Notes: generated by a model not told the origin, from the sequence alone. 53,265 nt of DNA, filler included, from Catajapyx aquilonaris (GCA_000934665.2; 3 parts of 3 records of this genome joined end to end with filler, not necessarily neighbours in it), one strand, 5' to 3'; counted from the first letter of the whole stretch, positions 28,001 through 38,730 are shown. Numbers and translations: made by a program.

Positions 28001-31000
28001 AATGTGCTCTGGATGCGAGCTAAGTTACGGGACATGCGGTGTACAGTATACGTCTTGTCGGACGTTGCAGATTATTGATTGTCGAGGATTCTGGCAAGCA
28101 GCATATGTCAGAGGAGTGGTCGTTTTGTTTGACGAGGTTAGTGCGGACAGACCTCGAAGCCCATGCCCCCGGCGCTTTTATGGGCACAATGACGGAAGCC
28201 TATGGACGGGAATAGTATCCCTTCTCCGAGAAAACAGGCGTCCTATCGCCCGAGCGGCGCCTCCAGGAAGATACAATGCGGAAAAAAGGGGGTCATTGGA
28301 CTACTGCACTGACCACACACTTTCGAGTTCCTGGAAACATCTGCCAAGAGCGGCGATATTGATGAACACCCTCCCATCCAATAGATATATAAACGGTGTA
28401 TATATCGGGTGGGCCCGGTTCGAAAAGGAAAAAAAAAAAAAACCCAGCTGCATTCCTTCCCGTAACAATGCAAGAACCGATACGGAATGAGATGAGGTTG
28501 GTCTAGATGGAAAACATGCACAACCCGTTCGTTTGTCCATCCTAGGGTGAAAGAACCGTTGGGGGGACCTTGGGCAAGGACAGTAACTGTTGAGGGATTA
28601 GTGGAGCTGATGCTGAGGATGCTGATGATGTCCCGTCAACAAGTCCCGGATTCTTTTTGGGGGTACGGTGGCCCGACTCCCACGCCGGCCGGCCGGTTAG
28701 TTACATACAAATACTACTGGGAGTAGGTAGGTAGGTAGGGTGGGTATCCTGGGGGCAGCATGCATGGGCCGCATTCTCGCACACGCGTTTTGCCGCATTC
28801 CTCCTCACTCCGGAGGACCAGCTGTCTTCGGGGTCACCTTCCTCTTCCTCAATGCTTCCGCTCCTAGCAGTCCAATCCAGCTGATCGTGCCCTCATTTTT
28901 TGATGATTTTTGCACAAATTTTTTTTCCCAGGGGGATACGACCTTGCCGCCAAACATGTGGAAACAGTTAGCAAAGTTGTCAGGAATTTGCGCATGGAAA
29001 TTTCGAAGTTTGCCCGGGTTCGTGAGAATGCACAGAAACGAAAGGAATATTATAGGAGGGGGATGGAGTGGTGGGGGGGAAGAGAGGAAGAGAAAAAGTT
29101 GGCAAGTTTTTATCCCACCCTTCCGGAGCAGGCCTTTGATCTGGAGAACTTTTCAACGTCACATTGAGAGGAAGTGATTCAGTCCATGAAAATTGCTCCT
29201 TTCTTCACTCAATCATAGCTGTGATTAGAGGCGTTTCTGTGGCTCAGTTTCAGTTTGGGCCTAAAGCACATTACAGTATTTGGACAGGGGGAGTGATCAG
29301 GAAGTGGGAAAATTGCGTGGGACCAGCTTATTAACATGGTCATTAATATTTGGTAAAAATATTTTCAGATGAGGAAGACTCGTCTGCCAGCTGCGAACCG
29401 GAAAAAGGTTCCCTTCAACCCATCTCATGGATTGATGCTTCCGTTGCCCAGGAGCAACTGATTGAAGGTTGCTTCCACGAAGATGATGTGGGACTTAATC
29501 CATGGTAAGCCCAAGTTGTCTAAAGCCAAACAGGTATACAGTGGCAACACCTGCCGAAATGTGAAATGCCAGTTGGTATGACCTACTTGGACAGACCAAA
29601 AGCAGCAGCAAGGCATATTGTGTCGGTAAGGCCCTCCCTCTTCATCTCGCCTTCCTCCCCTCATCCCTAAGCCACTGATGCATATTCCCCATTCAGAGGC
29701 ACTTGCCGCACAATGTAAGTAGCCTGCACCTGCTGCGGGGTGAAAAGCCTCATTTGCCTTCTGGACAGGAGGCAACGTCATTACGTCATCATAATTCCCC
29801 TCACCGGCCAGTGGATGCAGGAGTGCTTGGCAGCCTGTGAAAACTTTTCTCTCTCTTTATTATGTAGCAGGTGAATATGCTTTCAGCTGCCATTAGCATT
29901 TGTAAAACGGGGCTGCCCAGAGAGCACCCACCGGCCGTTTGAAAGAAATTCCAAGTTACCGCGACTATTGTCAATCAACTTGTTACCCTGGCATATAGAG
30001 TTATTTGCTGAACTGGCCTGGTGATCTTTCTCTGCTACCTACTTGTGGGAAACTAGGAAGGTCATGCTATCAGCTACCTTTAACAAAAAATTGAAATGCT
30101 ATTTTCGAACCACACTTGTATTTTGCACCAACTAAAGTCTGCTTTGTTCAATATGGTACTGTTGCAGAACAGGTGCAGTTTTTGAAGGATCTTCATAGGG
30201 TGACTTTTCAAAGAATACAGCTGTTCTTATGAGAAAATAGAGTTACTGCAAGTGAAAGTTTCATCTAAAATGTTAAAGGGCAGACAAATTTTTGGAATTT
30301 GTGCAGTGCACCTTAGATACAGACTTCGAGAAAATTTGGTTGTCAGAATGGTTATTTGCTACCACCAACTTCACATGTCATTAGTGACAAAATGAGTTGA
30401 AATTTTTAAAAAGTACATTAAGAACAACTTGTAGACAGTATTTGTCAATTAAAATATTTCCATTTCCTTCTTTCTTTTTAAAGGGATGTGCACGTGATAG
30501 AACTTCTATCGGCAAGCAGCATGGCCAACACAAGTGTCTCTCCGGTAGACCTGGCTCATGTCCACTTGTACCTGTCCCCTGAAGACACTCATCAGGTGGC
30601 CCGCAACCTGACCCTGGTGCTGAAGGCCCACCAGCCAGTCCGCTGGCAAGTGAGCTCACGGAGGGTGCAGGGGAACCTGGTGGTAGTCAGTGACTACCTG
30701 GTAGAGAATGCAGGAATATCTCCTAGCCAGTCTCTTGAGGTCAAAACCAGGCCACTTCCAGATGGGTTTGACGTGCTCATTCTGTCTGTAACTACAGAGT
30801 TCGGACCCCCTGTTATGTATGTTAAGACTCCGTTGGCCAACGAGATTGACTTGGTCATCAGCGAGCGAAAAGAAGGAGGTAAGTCCTCATAGTAGTATGC
30901 AAAGCTACTGTGCCCTGTCTTTTTAATATGCAGAGCTATTTCATAAACTGTTATCATTTATCTCGATTCATGCAAAGCAAACACACCTTCTCATTTGATT

Positions 31001-34000
31001 TGTAACACTTTGCAAGAGCATTGAAACATGCTAGTAAAAGAAGTTTGTTGATGAATTTTGCTAGGCAGTTCCTAATTGCTTGATGTTAAGATGTTATGTT
31101 ATCCATAGTAATTTCTGAAAACAAAAAATGCATTAGCATTAGGGAATTCATTTTTTTTTTTGTTAATCAGTACTGAAATGGATTTAGGAAATCACTTATG
31201 CTAAGTTTTGCCATCAGATGCCCATGAGCTGCACCACCAGCTGGAGCCTACGGACCTAGGGCTGCACCAGGTGCACAGCCTGCCCGAGGCAGCTTTTCCA
31301 AGCATCAGCACTATGCCAGATTCCACCCTAAAACAGCTGGCCAACACTGGATGGATGAGACGGAGCTCCAGCACTCACAGGACTGAAGTGTTTGGTGAGC
31401 ACACTTTTATTGCCACGTTACCTCCCAGTATGGAGAAGGAAGGTGAGGGAATAAATACCAGTGCATATCTTTGCAAAATGTGACTCTTTTAAGCCAAATT
31501 TTATAATGATTTAGAAAGTTGAATTGGGCCTGCCTGGAACAAGTCCAGGTTCAAGGACCTTAAATTTTGGCAGCATTACTTGCCTTTTGATGCAATTTGT
31601 AAAAAGGAAGCCCCTAAAGATGTCAGAACAGCATGGGACTTATCATTTTGTATCTATGGTTCTGGTGCTCATGCATGTTTTAATTGACACTACCAAGGTG
31701 AAATGACTTTCTTACATTATCCACAGAACCATCAGCCGCCTTGACAAATATTTTTGAATTATCTTGCATTATTGTGATTGACAGACACAGCAAGCCACCC
31801 GATGTCTGCATTGGGCAAGTCAATGCAGGTGCTGTGTGGCTTGAAGCACATAACAGTGAGCTTTCCTCTGCGATTGGTGGAGAGACTGGGTGTTTCCCAA
31901 ATGACTCTGAACGACTACACCTGCGTTGGGGAGAAGAACAGCACCCACTGGTTTCTGCACAGCCACATCACCTCGTGTGGAAGTACCAGTACCACTGACG
32001 GGAAGGTCACCATGTTCAGCAATAATGTGAGTACAGTCCCATTGCCATGTGACTCCACATTCACAGTTTGCACAAGTATTCCTTTTCTTCACATGGCAGC
32101 ACATACTTGCCTTAACCCAGAATAATCGGCCGCCTTGAATTTGTGGCTGTTCAATTTGCAGAGAGGGGTCCCACGCTCATAAAACGACACCCAGGGTGCT
32201 GGAAAGGTACCCACTGAAAAGGGTGGGTCTTGGCTCACGATTACACTAAATACGGAACCTCTCGGATAATGACTGTATTTAATACAAGGTATTTAAAGTG
32301 TGTCACAAGGTGCAGAACAATTCGGCCATAGCGCTCGCTGTGCCAAAATAAATTGGCCAGGTGATGTGACCCCACTGTAGTAGGGAAAATTGTAAGGCAT
32401 ATGGAAGTTGGCCATTGGTATTGTCATCACGTACCGTATGGACATCTCGTCAGTCGCAAACATGGAACGTGGAATATCACTTGGGGGTGAAACCTTGAAG
32501 GTTTGCGAAGTTGACAAATCCATGCGCACCATGGCAAGACACCTTTGGACCACTGTGACAGGCAAACGACAGTTCATATCACCATGTCGACAGTGGCTAA
32601 ATATACAGGGATATGACTTCTATCAGGCAAATAAGGGTGGAAGTTAAAAAAGATTCTGACGAAGTTACAGGTCCATAACAATTGCACTGTTATTGTAGGG
32701 AAAGACGACTTCTGTTGACAACTGTTAAAAATATGAAAAAAACAAGCATAGGCGAAGGAGAGAAGGAAATGGAGGAAAGCGATCAGGCCGAAGGTCATTT
32801 TTAGTCATGAGTCTATGTTAGAGGTCAGCCCTGGTGGCAACCCCCAGCGGATTAGGCGCACCAAGTGTGATACATATCATACCTGCAATAACAGTGCAAT
32901 TCTTATGGATCTCTAACTTTGTCAAAAAAATTTTCAACGTCCACCCTTATTTGCCTGATAGAAGGAATATCCCTGTATACAAAGTCATATCCCTGTATAT
33001 GTAGCCACTGTTGACACGTACGAACTGTCGTTTGCCCGGCACAGTGGTCCAAAGTTGTCTTGCCAGGGTGTACGTGGATTTGTCAACTTCGCGAACCTTC
33101 TAGATTTCATCCCCAAGTGATATTCCAAGTACCATGTTTGCGACTGACAAAATATGGTACACTCGCGAGCATAAAGATGGAGACGGCAAGCCCTCACCTT
33201 CGGCAGGCTGCTCTGCCAATCTCAGCAATTACGGTATCAAATATACTGTCATAAATACACGAACACACGCCTGAAGCGGCTAACTCGGTCCAAAAAGAGT
33301 TCATTAATTTGAGTCGGATAAAGAAAGGTCAAAAAAGGGCATGTCGTCTCCATCTTCATGCTCGTGGGGGTACATGATGACAATGCCAATGGCAAACTTC
33401 CACATGCCTTACAATTTTCTGTGGGGTCACATCACCTGGCCGATTTATTCTGCACTTTTTTTATACATTTTTAAAATACTTGTGATCAGGCCCGAGGCCC
33501 TAGGGGAAGGGAAGGTTCCCGAGGGAGGGTGCTGTAATTATAGTAATTTCTGACTTTCTGAAATACACCAGACCTTTTCTCCTGGTCCTGAGCAGAGTAG
33601 GGAGTGCAATTCTGCCTCGGCATGTCGGGTGAAAAGCGGAAAAAGACCTGGCCAAGCAGAGGTGACGGGGACGGGATTTGAACCCCGGCCTCCCACTTGG
33701 CTGGCCAGTGGCGTAACCACCAGACCACCATGCCTCCCTTTCTGCACCTTAATTGCCTTGTATTAAATACGGTAATTATCCTCGAGGTTCCATATTTAGT
33801 GTAATCATGGGCCAAGACCCAGCTTTTTCGGCGGGCACCTTTACGGCACCCTAGGTGTTGTTTTATGAGTGTGCGACCCCTCTCAGCAAATTGAGCAGCC
33901 ACGGATTCAAGGTGGCCAAATTATTCTGGGTTATGGCAAGTAGGTGCCTTATTCTTTTTATGAAACAGAATTGGAATGAGTGCAGAAGTGCAATCGTTCA

Positions 34001-35518
34001 AACTTAATCCTTCTGCATAGTGTGGCAATTTGAATGAACACGAAAAATAATTGTCCTTTTATGATTCTGTAGTATGCCAAATGTCACGCACTGTATATTT
34101 TCAGGTGCTTGTGAGGATGGGTGTGACTGCAAGTGATGATGAAGATTTGGATGGATCAGGATGGTTTGGGAGCCCATGGCAGGAGGAAAAAATCCCCTTC
34201 CAGTGTCAGTACAAACCTGTTTTCCCCCTGGGCGGATTCCCTCACTCCGAGGATGATGAGAATGTCCTGGTGGGTTCCCGTACTTCTTAGCTGAGCCTTA
34301 AGCAATGAATTAGCTATAGTAATTAATTGCATAAACTTGTTGTAGGTAAATTTAAACAACATGGGGATGGATTCATCAAATGTAAGTCAAATTTTCGTGG
34401 TAGTAACCATAGTTACTAATAATTAACTAATTATGATTATGGCCAGTTACAACGAAAATTTGACTTACCAAATTATTTTGATGAATCCACCCCCTGTGCA
34501 GCAGAATTTATTGCAAAAATTTACTAACTACTAAATCAGAATACATTACATTTGTCATGTGCAGGTTGTTTCTGTAAAAGGTCTTCGTTGCCTGTCAGAT
34601 TTGCTATTTGACATCTGTAAATACAGAGTGTGATTTCTGGCTGTGTTGCCTGTACCATAACATTTTACTTATATTGGTAATGTGCACAACATGTGTTGCT
34701 TATCAAACAGGATCCAGTGGATAGTGTGAAGAATGGTCAGATAGAGATATACCACATGGAGCTCTACCGTGACAAGGAGCATAAGAAGTCGATAGGGAAG
34801 TGGGACTTCCCAGTGGACGTGGAATATGACGATGTCATCTTTATCAATACGTGGATTGATGGAGGCAAGTGTTAATTGAGAAATTACTCAGGTTTTGTCT
34901 GTAGGTTTTCATCTGACTCGTGGTAACTGAAATTTCTTGCCCTCCTGTTCCAGCTCCCTTTATTCACATAGTGATAGAGAGGTGCTGGATATCCAACTCG
35001 TCCAACCCTCACTCTCCACCCAGGGTTCTGCTGATACGAAACACGTGTCCAGCAGATCTCTCAGTGGAGATTCAGAGGACACCTGGAGGCAATCGAGGAG
35101 GATTTAGCTTCCAGGTCAGTTTTGTTTGGGATTCTAAAGCCTTCTAAAGATTAAAAGTCACAATATTTATATTGGTGACAATGATGGGGAGAACATTAGG
35201 AAGTGAAGTTACTATTAAAATGCTTTTCAGGTGAATAAGCAGTATGAAGAGATGAGAAACTTGTACCTGCATTGCCGACTTGGCCTTTGCACTTCCGATG
35301 CATCCCGTGCTCAGGGCAACCTCAAATTGGTATGTATCACGTAATAAGGGTTGAAATGCTGGAAATAGCTCTAACCTTCTCATTGCCTTTTCCAGTGTGT
35401 AGACCCACATCAGTACTGCACGCAGCAGAGCCTAAAACCGTACCTGGACAAATCAGTGTCAACCGCTCAGCAGCTGCTGACACGTGGCCCCCTGAGGCTG
35501 GTGCCAAGGAGGGTCCAG
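21380..35518 (+). CDS. TGFBR3: Betaglycan / TGF-beta receptor type III-like gene, partial (11 coding exons, about 727 aa; signal-peptide exon and TM/cytoplasmic exons absent)
   Basis: join(21380-21744,27019-27184,29369-29504,30484-30878,31218-31394,31785-32026,34105-34269,34711-34864,34954-35114,35231-35329,35396-35518) is an uninterrupted reading frame with matching intron phases. It has two orphan-domain repeats (GC..x..EVHV / GC..x..DVHVIEL) followed by ZP-N and ZP-C with betaglycan-like Cys spacing. Confidence 0.9.
21900..21959. repeat. 60-bp spacerless palindrome abutting a (TTA)n tract
   Basis: ataatcgTgggacttgttacctacacccta|tagggtgtaggtaacaagtcccGcgattat; 30-bp arms, one mismatch. Confidence 0.9.
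21956..22039. repeat. (TTA)n microsatellite
   Basis: About 84 bp of near-perfect TTA repeats. Confidence 0.95.
27019..27184 (+). CDS. TGFBR3: TGFBR3-like exon B, orphan domain
   Basis: ctctgcAG|ATC..., AAA A|GTaagt; phase 0/1; LRYLRKRFQNITSYAQVRRANRISL parallels betaglycan LLNWARKEYGAVTSFTELKIARNIYI. Confidence 0.88.
29369..29504 (+). CDS. TGFBR3: TGFBR3-like exon C, orphan-repeat junction
   Basis: ttttcAG|AT GAG..., CCA TG|GTaagc; phase 1/2; NEEDSSASCEPEKGSLQPISWIDASVAQEQLIEGCFHEDDVGLNPW supplies the two expected Cys; too short for the ORF track. Confidence 0.85.
30484..30878 (+). CDS. TGFBR3: TGFBR3-like exon D, second orphan repeat
   Basis: tttttaaAG|G GAT..., GGA G|GTaagt; DVHVIELL...VARNLTLVLKAHQPVRWQVSSRRVQGNL...YVKTPLANEIDL parallels EVHIIELI...VVKNLILILKCKKSVNWVIKS...YTMAPVANRFHL. 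Confidence 0.9.
31218..31394 (+). CDS. TGFBR3: TGFBR3-like exon E, orphan-ZP linker (alternative donor at 31442)
   Basis: ccatcAG|AT GCC..., TTT G|GTgagc or GAA G|GTgagg; phase 1/1; open low-complexity linker. Confidence 0.7.
31785..32026 (+). CDS. TGFBR3: TGFBR3-like exon F, ZP-N
   Basis: gacAG|AC ACA..., AAT|GTgagt; MQVLCGLKHITVSF...MTLNDYTCVGEKNSTHWFLHSHITSCGS...FSNN, a canonical ZP-N Cys1-3 pattern. Confidence 0.92.
32099..33947. mobile_element. Long foldback (non-autonomous DNA transposon) in a TGFBR3-like intron
   Basis: 32099-32300 is an imperfect reverse complement of 33745-33947. Further mirrored blocks: about 32345-32435 vs 33365-33450, and about 32460-32650 vs 32930-33145. No transposase ORF. 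Confidence 0.8.
33482..33745 (-). mobile_element. tRNA-derived SINE inserted in the right arm of the foldback
   Basis: Minus-strand A box TGGTCTGGTGG (33717-33727) and B box GGTTCAAATCCC (33673-33684); no counterpart in the left arm. Confidence 0.7.
34105..34269 (+). CDS. TGFBR3: TGFBR3-like exon G, end of ZP-N with acidic Ser-Gly site
   Basis: ttttcAG|GTG..., CTG|GTgggt; VLVRMGVTASDDEDLDGSGWFGSPWQEEKIPFQCQY includes ZP-N Cys4. Confidence 0.88.
34363..34494. mobile_element. Small palindromic MITE
   Basis: GGGGATGGATTCATCAAA..GTAAGTCAAATTTTCGT mirrored by ACGAAAATTTGACTTAC..TTTGATGAATCCACCCCC. Confidence 0.65.
34711..34864 (+). CDS. TGFBR3: TGFBR3-like exon H, start of ZP-C (GC donor)
   Basis: aaacAG|GAT...; YHMELYRD...FPVDVEYDDVIFINTW resembles ZP-C strands A/B; ends GGA G|GCaagt. 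Confidence 0.85.
34954..35114 (+). CDS. TGFBR3: TGFBR3-like exon I, ZP-C
   Basis: gttccAG|CT CCC..., CAG|GTcagt; IVIERCWISNSSNP...LIRNTCPADLSV...FSFQ parallels IQTCFISPYSNP...IIENICPKDESV...RFSF. Confidence 0.92.
35231..35329 (+). CDS. TGFBR3: TGFBR3-like exon J, ZP-C
   Basis: ttttcAG|GTG..., TTG|GTatgt; VNKQYEEMRNLYLHCRLGLCTSDASRAQGNLKL. Confidence 0.9.
35396..35518 (+). CDS. TGFBR3: TGFBR3-like exon K, end of ZP-C and EHP, truncated by spacer
   Basis: ttttccAG|TGT...; CVDPHQYCTQQSLKPYLDKSVSTAQQLLTRGPLRLVPRRVQ parallels betaglycan CVPPDEACTSL...TFTKPLAVI. Confidence 0.88.
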
Positions 35519-35618
35519 NNNNNNNNNNNNNNNNNNNNNNNNNNNNNNNNNNNNNNNNNNNNTTAATTAATTAANNNNNNNNNNNNNNNNNNNNNNNNNN
35601 NNNNNNNNNNNNNNNNNN
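35519..35618. other. Artificial contig-joining spacer (44 N + TTAATTAATTAA + 44 N)
   Basis: Same structure as 17833-17932; truncates an open exon. Confidence 0.95.
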
Positions 35619-38197
35619 GCTGTTATTATTTGCAAAATATCTTGTCCGTATCTTCGGAGTACGCGTAAGCCAAAAACTGTGTGGTTCGGGCCGATCTGGG
35701 GCCGAAGGGGTTAACTATTAGACAATGTCACGACAAATTTTGAGGCACTCATCATTGGTAACAACTACAGCCTTCTCCAAAAACTCCTGACATGGCCATT
35801 TCTGGAGTCAGATTTTCGTTGGACCTAATATGGGCCAGACCTCCAGCTTGGTAGCGTTGAATACAAGCCTGGATGTAATTTTCTGTGCCAGCTGGATTGT
35901 TTCCAGAGCTAGGAGGCAGACATGGGCGCAAAACGTATACTGTTGCACAGTACAGCGGGGGCGGGGGTGGAAATGTGTGCTAATGCTATTCTGAAACAAT
36001 CGTACGGGTCGAGGTAGTCTGCAATCTCGTTAGCATTCCAATGCTGCCAGGGAAGTCCCCCCCCCCCCCNAGCCCACCCTTCTCCCCCTTTCCCAGAATG
36101 GCCCGCGTGCAGCGTCGGATACTGCATTACAAGTATTGTTGTTCCGAAAAGAAGTTGTGAGGCCACTTGAGGTCCGCCATGTTTAGCCTCAAGAAAGGGA
36201 GTCTGTTTTATTTATCCGTCAAGCTCGTTAGAACAGCTACATGGAGCTGATGCTTTTCCTTCGTTATAATATGGAGATTCACAAAGGAACAACCTTGCGG
36301 AGTTTTGTCCAATTTTTAAAAGCTGGGGAAGAGGGGGAGGGGGCAATATTGTGAATTCTCTGGTCTTTCCATATCGCTTATGATGTGGAGAGACAGACGG
36401 ATTTTCTGCAACAGAATGCCAGAATGATATTAGCGTAGCATATATAGAAGAGCAATAACTGTAAGGCAGCGGGAAACATATGAGTGCATTCTAAGGTTGT
36501 TGGTCCTCTATTGGCAAACACATTGCAGAGCTACAGTTGCACAGCACGCATGAAATACGAAAACCGCAAAAGGATAATAAAGCACGTGATGATTACCGCA
36601 AGGTCTGAAGTAGCCAGTATTTTGGAGGAAAATGAGTTAAATGACCCTATATTGCAAGAATCATACATGTCCATTTTTGCCTTGAGAGGCGAGAAGTGCA
36701 TACGGTTAGCTTGGTTGAGTAAGGATTGTTGGGTGCAAGGAAGTACTGACTCTTCATGCGCTTGCTTCCTGTCGAAATGCAGGTTCCTTGATGATTTTAT
36801 TCATTGCTATAGTATGACAACATTGGGACTCAGACCTGTTGCACTATTAGTTGTTTAATCCTTTAATCCTTGAATGCTCTATAAGGCACACTTGTACACT
36901 ACCGAATAAGGCTACATTAATGCGTATTAATCTGTTTCTCGCCTATTATGAACTTTTACACCAACTGTCGGCAAACCACCTGGACAACCATATTCTTGCG
37001 GTATGCAGCGCTTCTCATCCTGGCAAGGTGAAGGTCACGAAAACAACCTTCACCTTGCTAGAGTGTTGATGGTTGTATAACGCTAAAATGCATTTGTTTC
37101 ATAATGATTCCGACAAACTTCTAGAGTCAACTCTTGGGCACCACATTCCTCCATACCCAAAGATGTTACAATAATGAATAGGCTTATAGCATGGTAACGC
37201 CTATATTTCACAACATTAACAACCTAAGCTATAGCCCGGAGGGACACATGCCTCCTAGGTGCACATTGTGTGTGAAGCCTATTATCTCGGTAGCAAAGCT
37301 GTGAAATCAAATGACACCTCTGCTCTGCGATAAAGTACCCAGTAGGCTACATAATCCCTAGTGTCCAGGGGTTCACCCTAAAAGTTTTCATGAATTATTA
37401 CGAGCACCCATTGTAGTATACGTCGCATAGTAGCCTACACGTCTCGTAAAAAATGGAACAAAGGGAAACAAAGAAATGCAAAGAAACAAACATAACATAC
37501 CATCACAGCATTTACAATAAACGGGGCAATCGAAGATGGAGGACGCACAGGCAATTAACAAAAATATGCTCAAAAACACAAGACACATCAATATGATGTC
37601 ATTCAATGAAATAAATGACATTAATAATAAACCAATTGGCAAATCTCAAACAACTGAAACCTAAGCATTAGCATAGCTTAAAACAACATCATTGTTGTGA
37701 GAGCTCTATATCCTTAATCGACTAACTTGTCTAAATAAACTGTCTTGACAAAATCGAGAATAATTATTACGATCAAAACTGGATCAAAACATACGTGATT
37801 CAACCTTGTCACCAGAAATAAGAAATGCCGCAATAATAAAATATTACATAGCAATTATTATGCTGCGAAATACTGCGTTTAAGCCCCTTAATAGGACCAA
37901 CACCGAAAAAAGGAAGGAAAAAGATACTGCCCGTAAAAATATTTATCCGTCCAACCAGAATCCGATCCTGAATGTAGCTGGTTCTCTTATTGGATAGAAA
38001 AAACTGTACTATTGGCATCCTTGTTTGTATATTTTCCTTGCATTCTACATTTCGAATTTCATAGGCCTACGTTATGAATGACTCACACGGATCCTATTAG
38101 CATCACAGGTTAAGCCTCAAACTCATCTTTTCAGAGTCACAGAACTCCCTGGAGAGACCATGACTTAGAGCCGGGATGGTTTAAGTTTATAAGGTCA

Positions 38198-38603
38198 TTA
38201 TTATTATTTTTTGTATTATTATTAGATATACCCCGTGCTAGATCCCTAGGCTCTCTTAGGGGAGTGGATTATACCACTATTGTGCAGGGACAGGGTAGGG
38301 ATAAGGAGGGGAGGGGGGGAGACACTGGTGCATGTGCAATGTCATCAAAGTAGGGGTCATGTGCAGTCCCTCAAGGGGCCCGTTCGCCATAGATACCCCA
38401 CTGACACCACTCCACCTCCATGACAGGGAAAGGAAGGAAGCGGCTGTGGCCTATTTTACGGTACAATCCCGGAAATTTTTCCTGGGGCGACCTTGGGAAA
38501 CCACAGAAACCCAAGGTCAGGATCGCCGGCCTCCGGGATTCGAACCCAGGACCTCCCGATTAGCAGTCGGACACCATATCCACTCCACCACTACTACTTC
38601 GGT
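38198..38603 (-). mobile_element. tRNA-derived SINE with AAT-rich tail
   Basis: Minus-strand A box TGGTGGAGTGG (38580-38590), B box GGTTCGAATCCC (38535-38546), body GGTTTCCC...AGGCCACAGCCGCTTCCTTCC, tail (AAT)n. Confidence 0.75.
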
Positions 38604-38730
38604 ATAAATCATCTCATTGATATGAAATATTTTGCTTTTTCTAAAAGTTAATACATGTATTATGTTTAGTGGCCATATTGTCAAAATTCTGAAGGCAAAT
38701 AGGAAAATCCACTTGGAATACCTTCTACAT

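Noticed and set aside
33673..33735. tRNA genes at A/B-box sites (also 38535, 45369, 52248, 53027, 8818)
   Set aside because: No complete cloverleaf; most continue into shared SINE bodies, and the 8818 site is only an isolated B-box-like motif
35619..35714. piggyBac-like right end (GGG-TTAA)
   Set aside because: Partner end lost at the contig edge; cannot be verified
35745..35908. Minus-strand exon-like open stretch after cctcctAG, as the next WD40 exon
   Set aside because: All three frames are fairly open and none gives a convincing WD40 continuation
37390..38050. Possible minus-strand LINE 3' remnant (SRLRI*SSHN-like motif)
   Set aside because: Too degraded; a single short motif with stops is insufficient support
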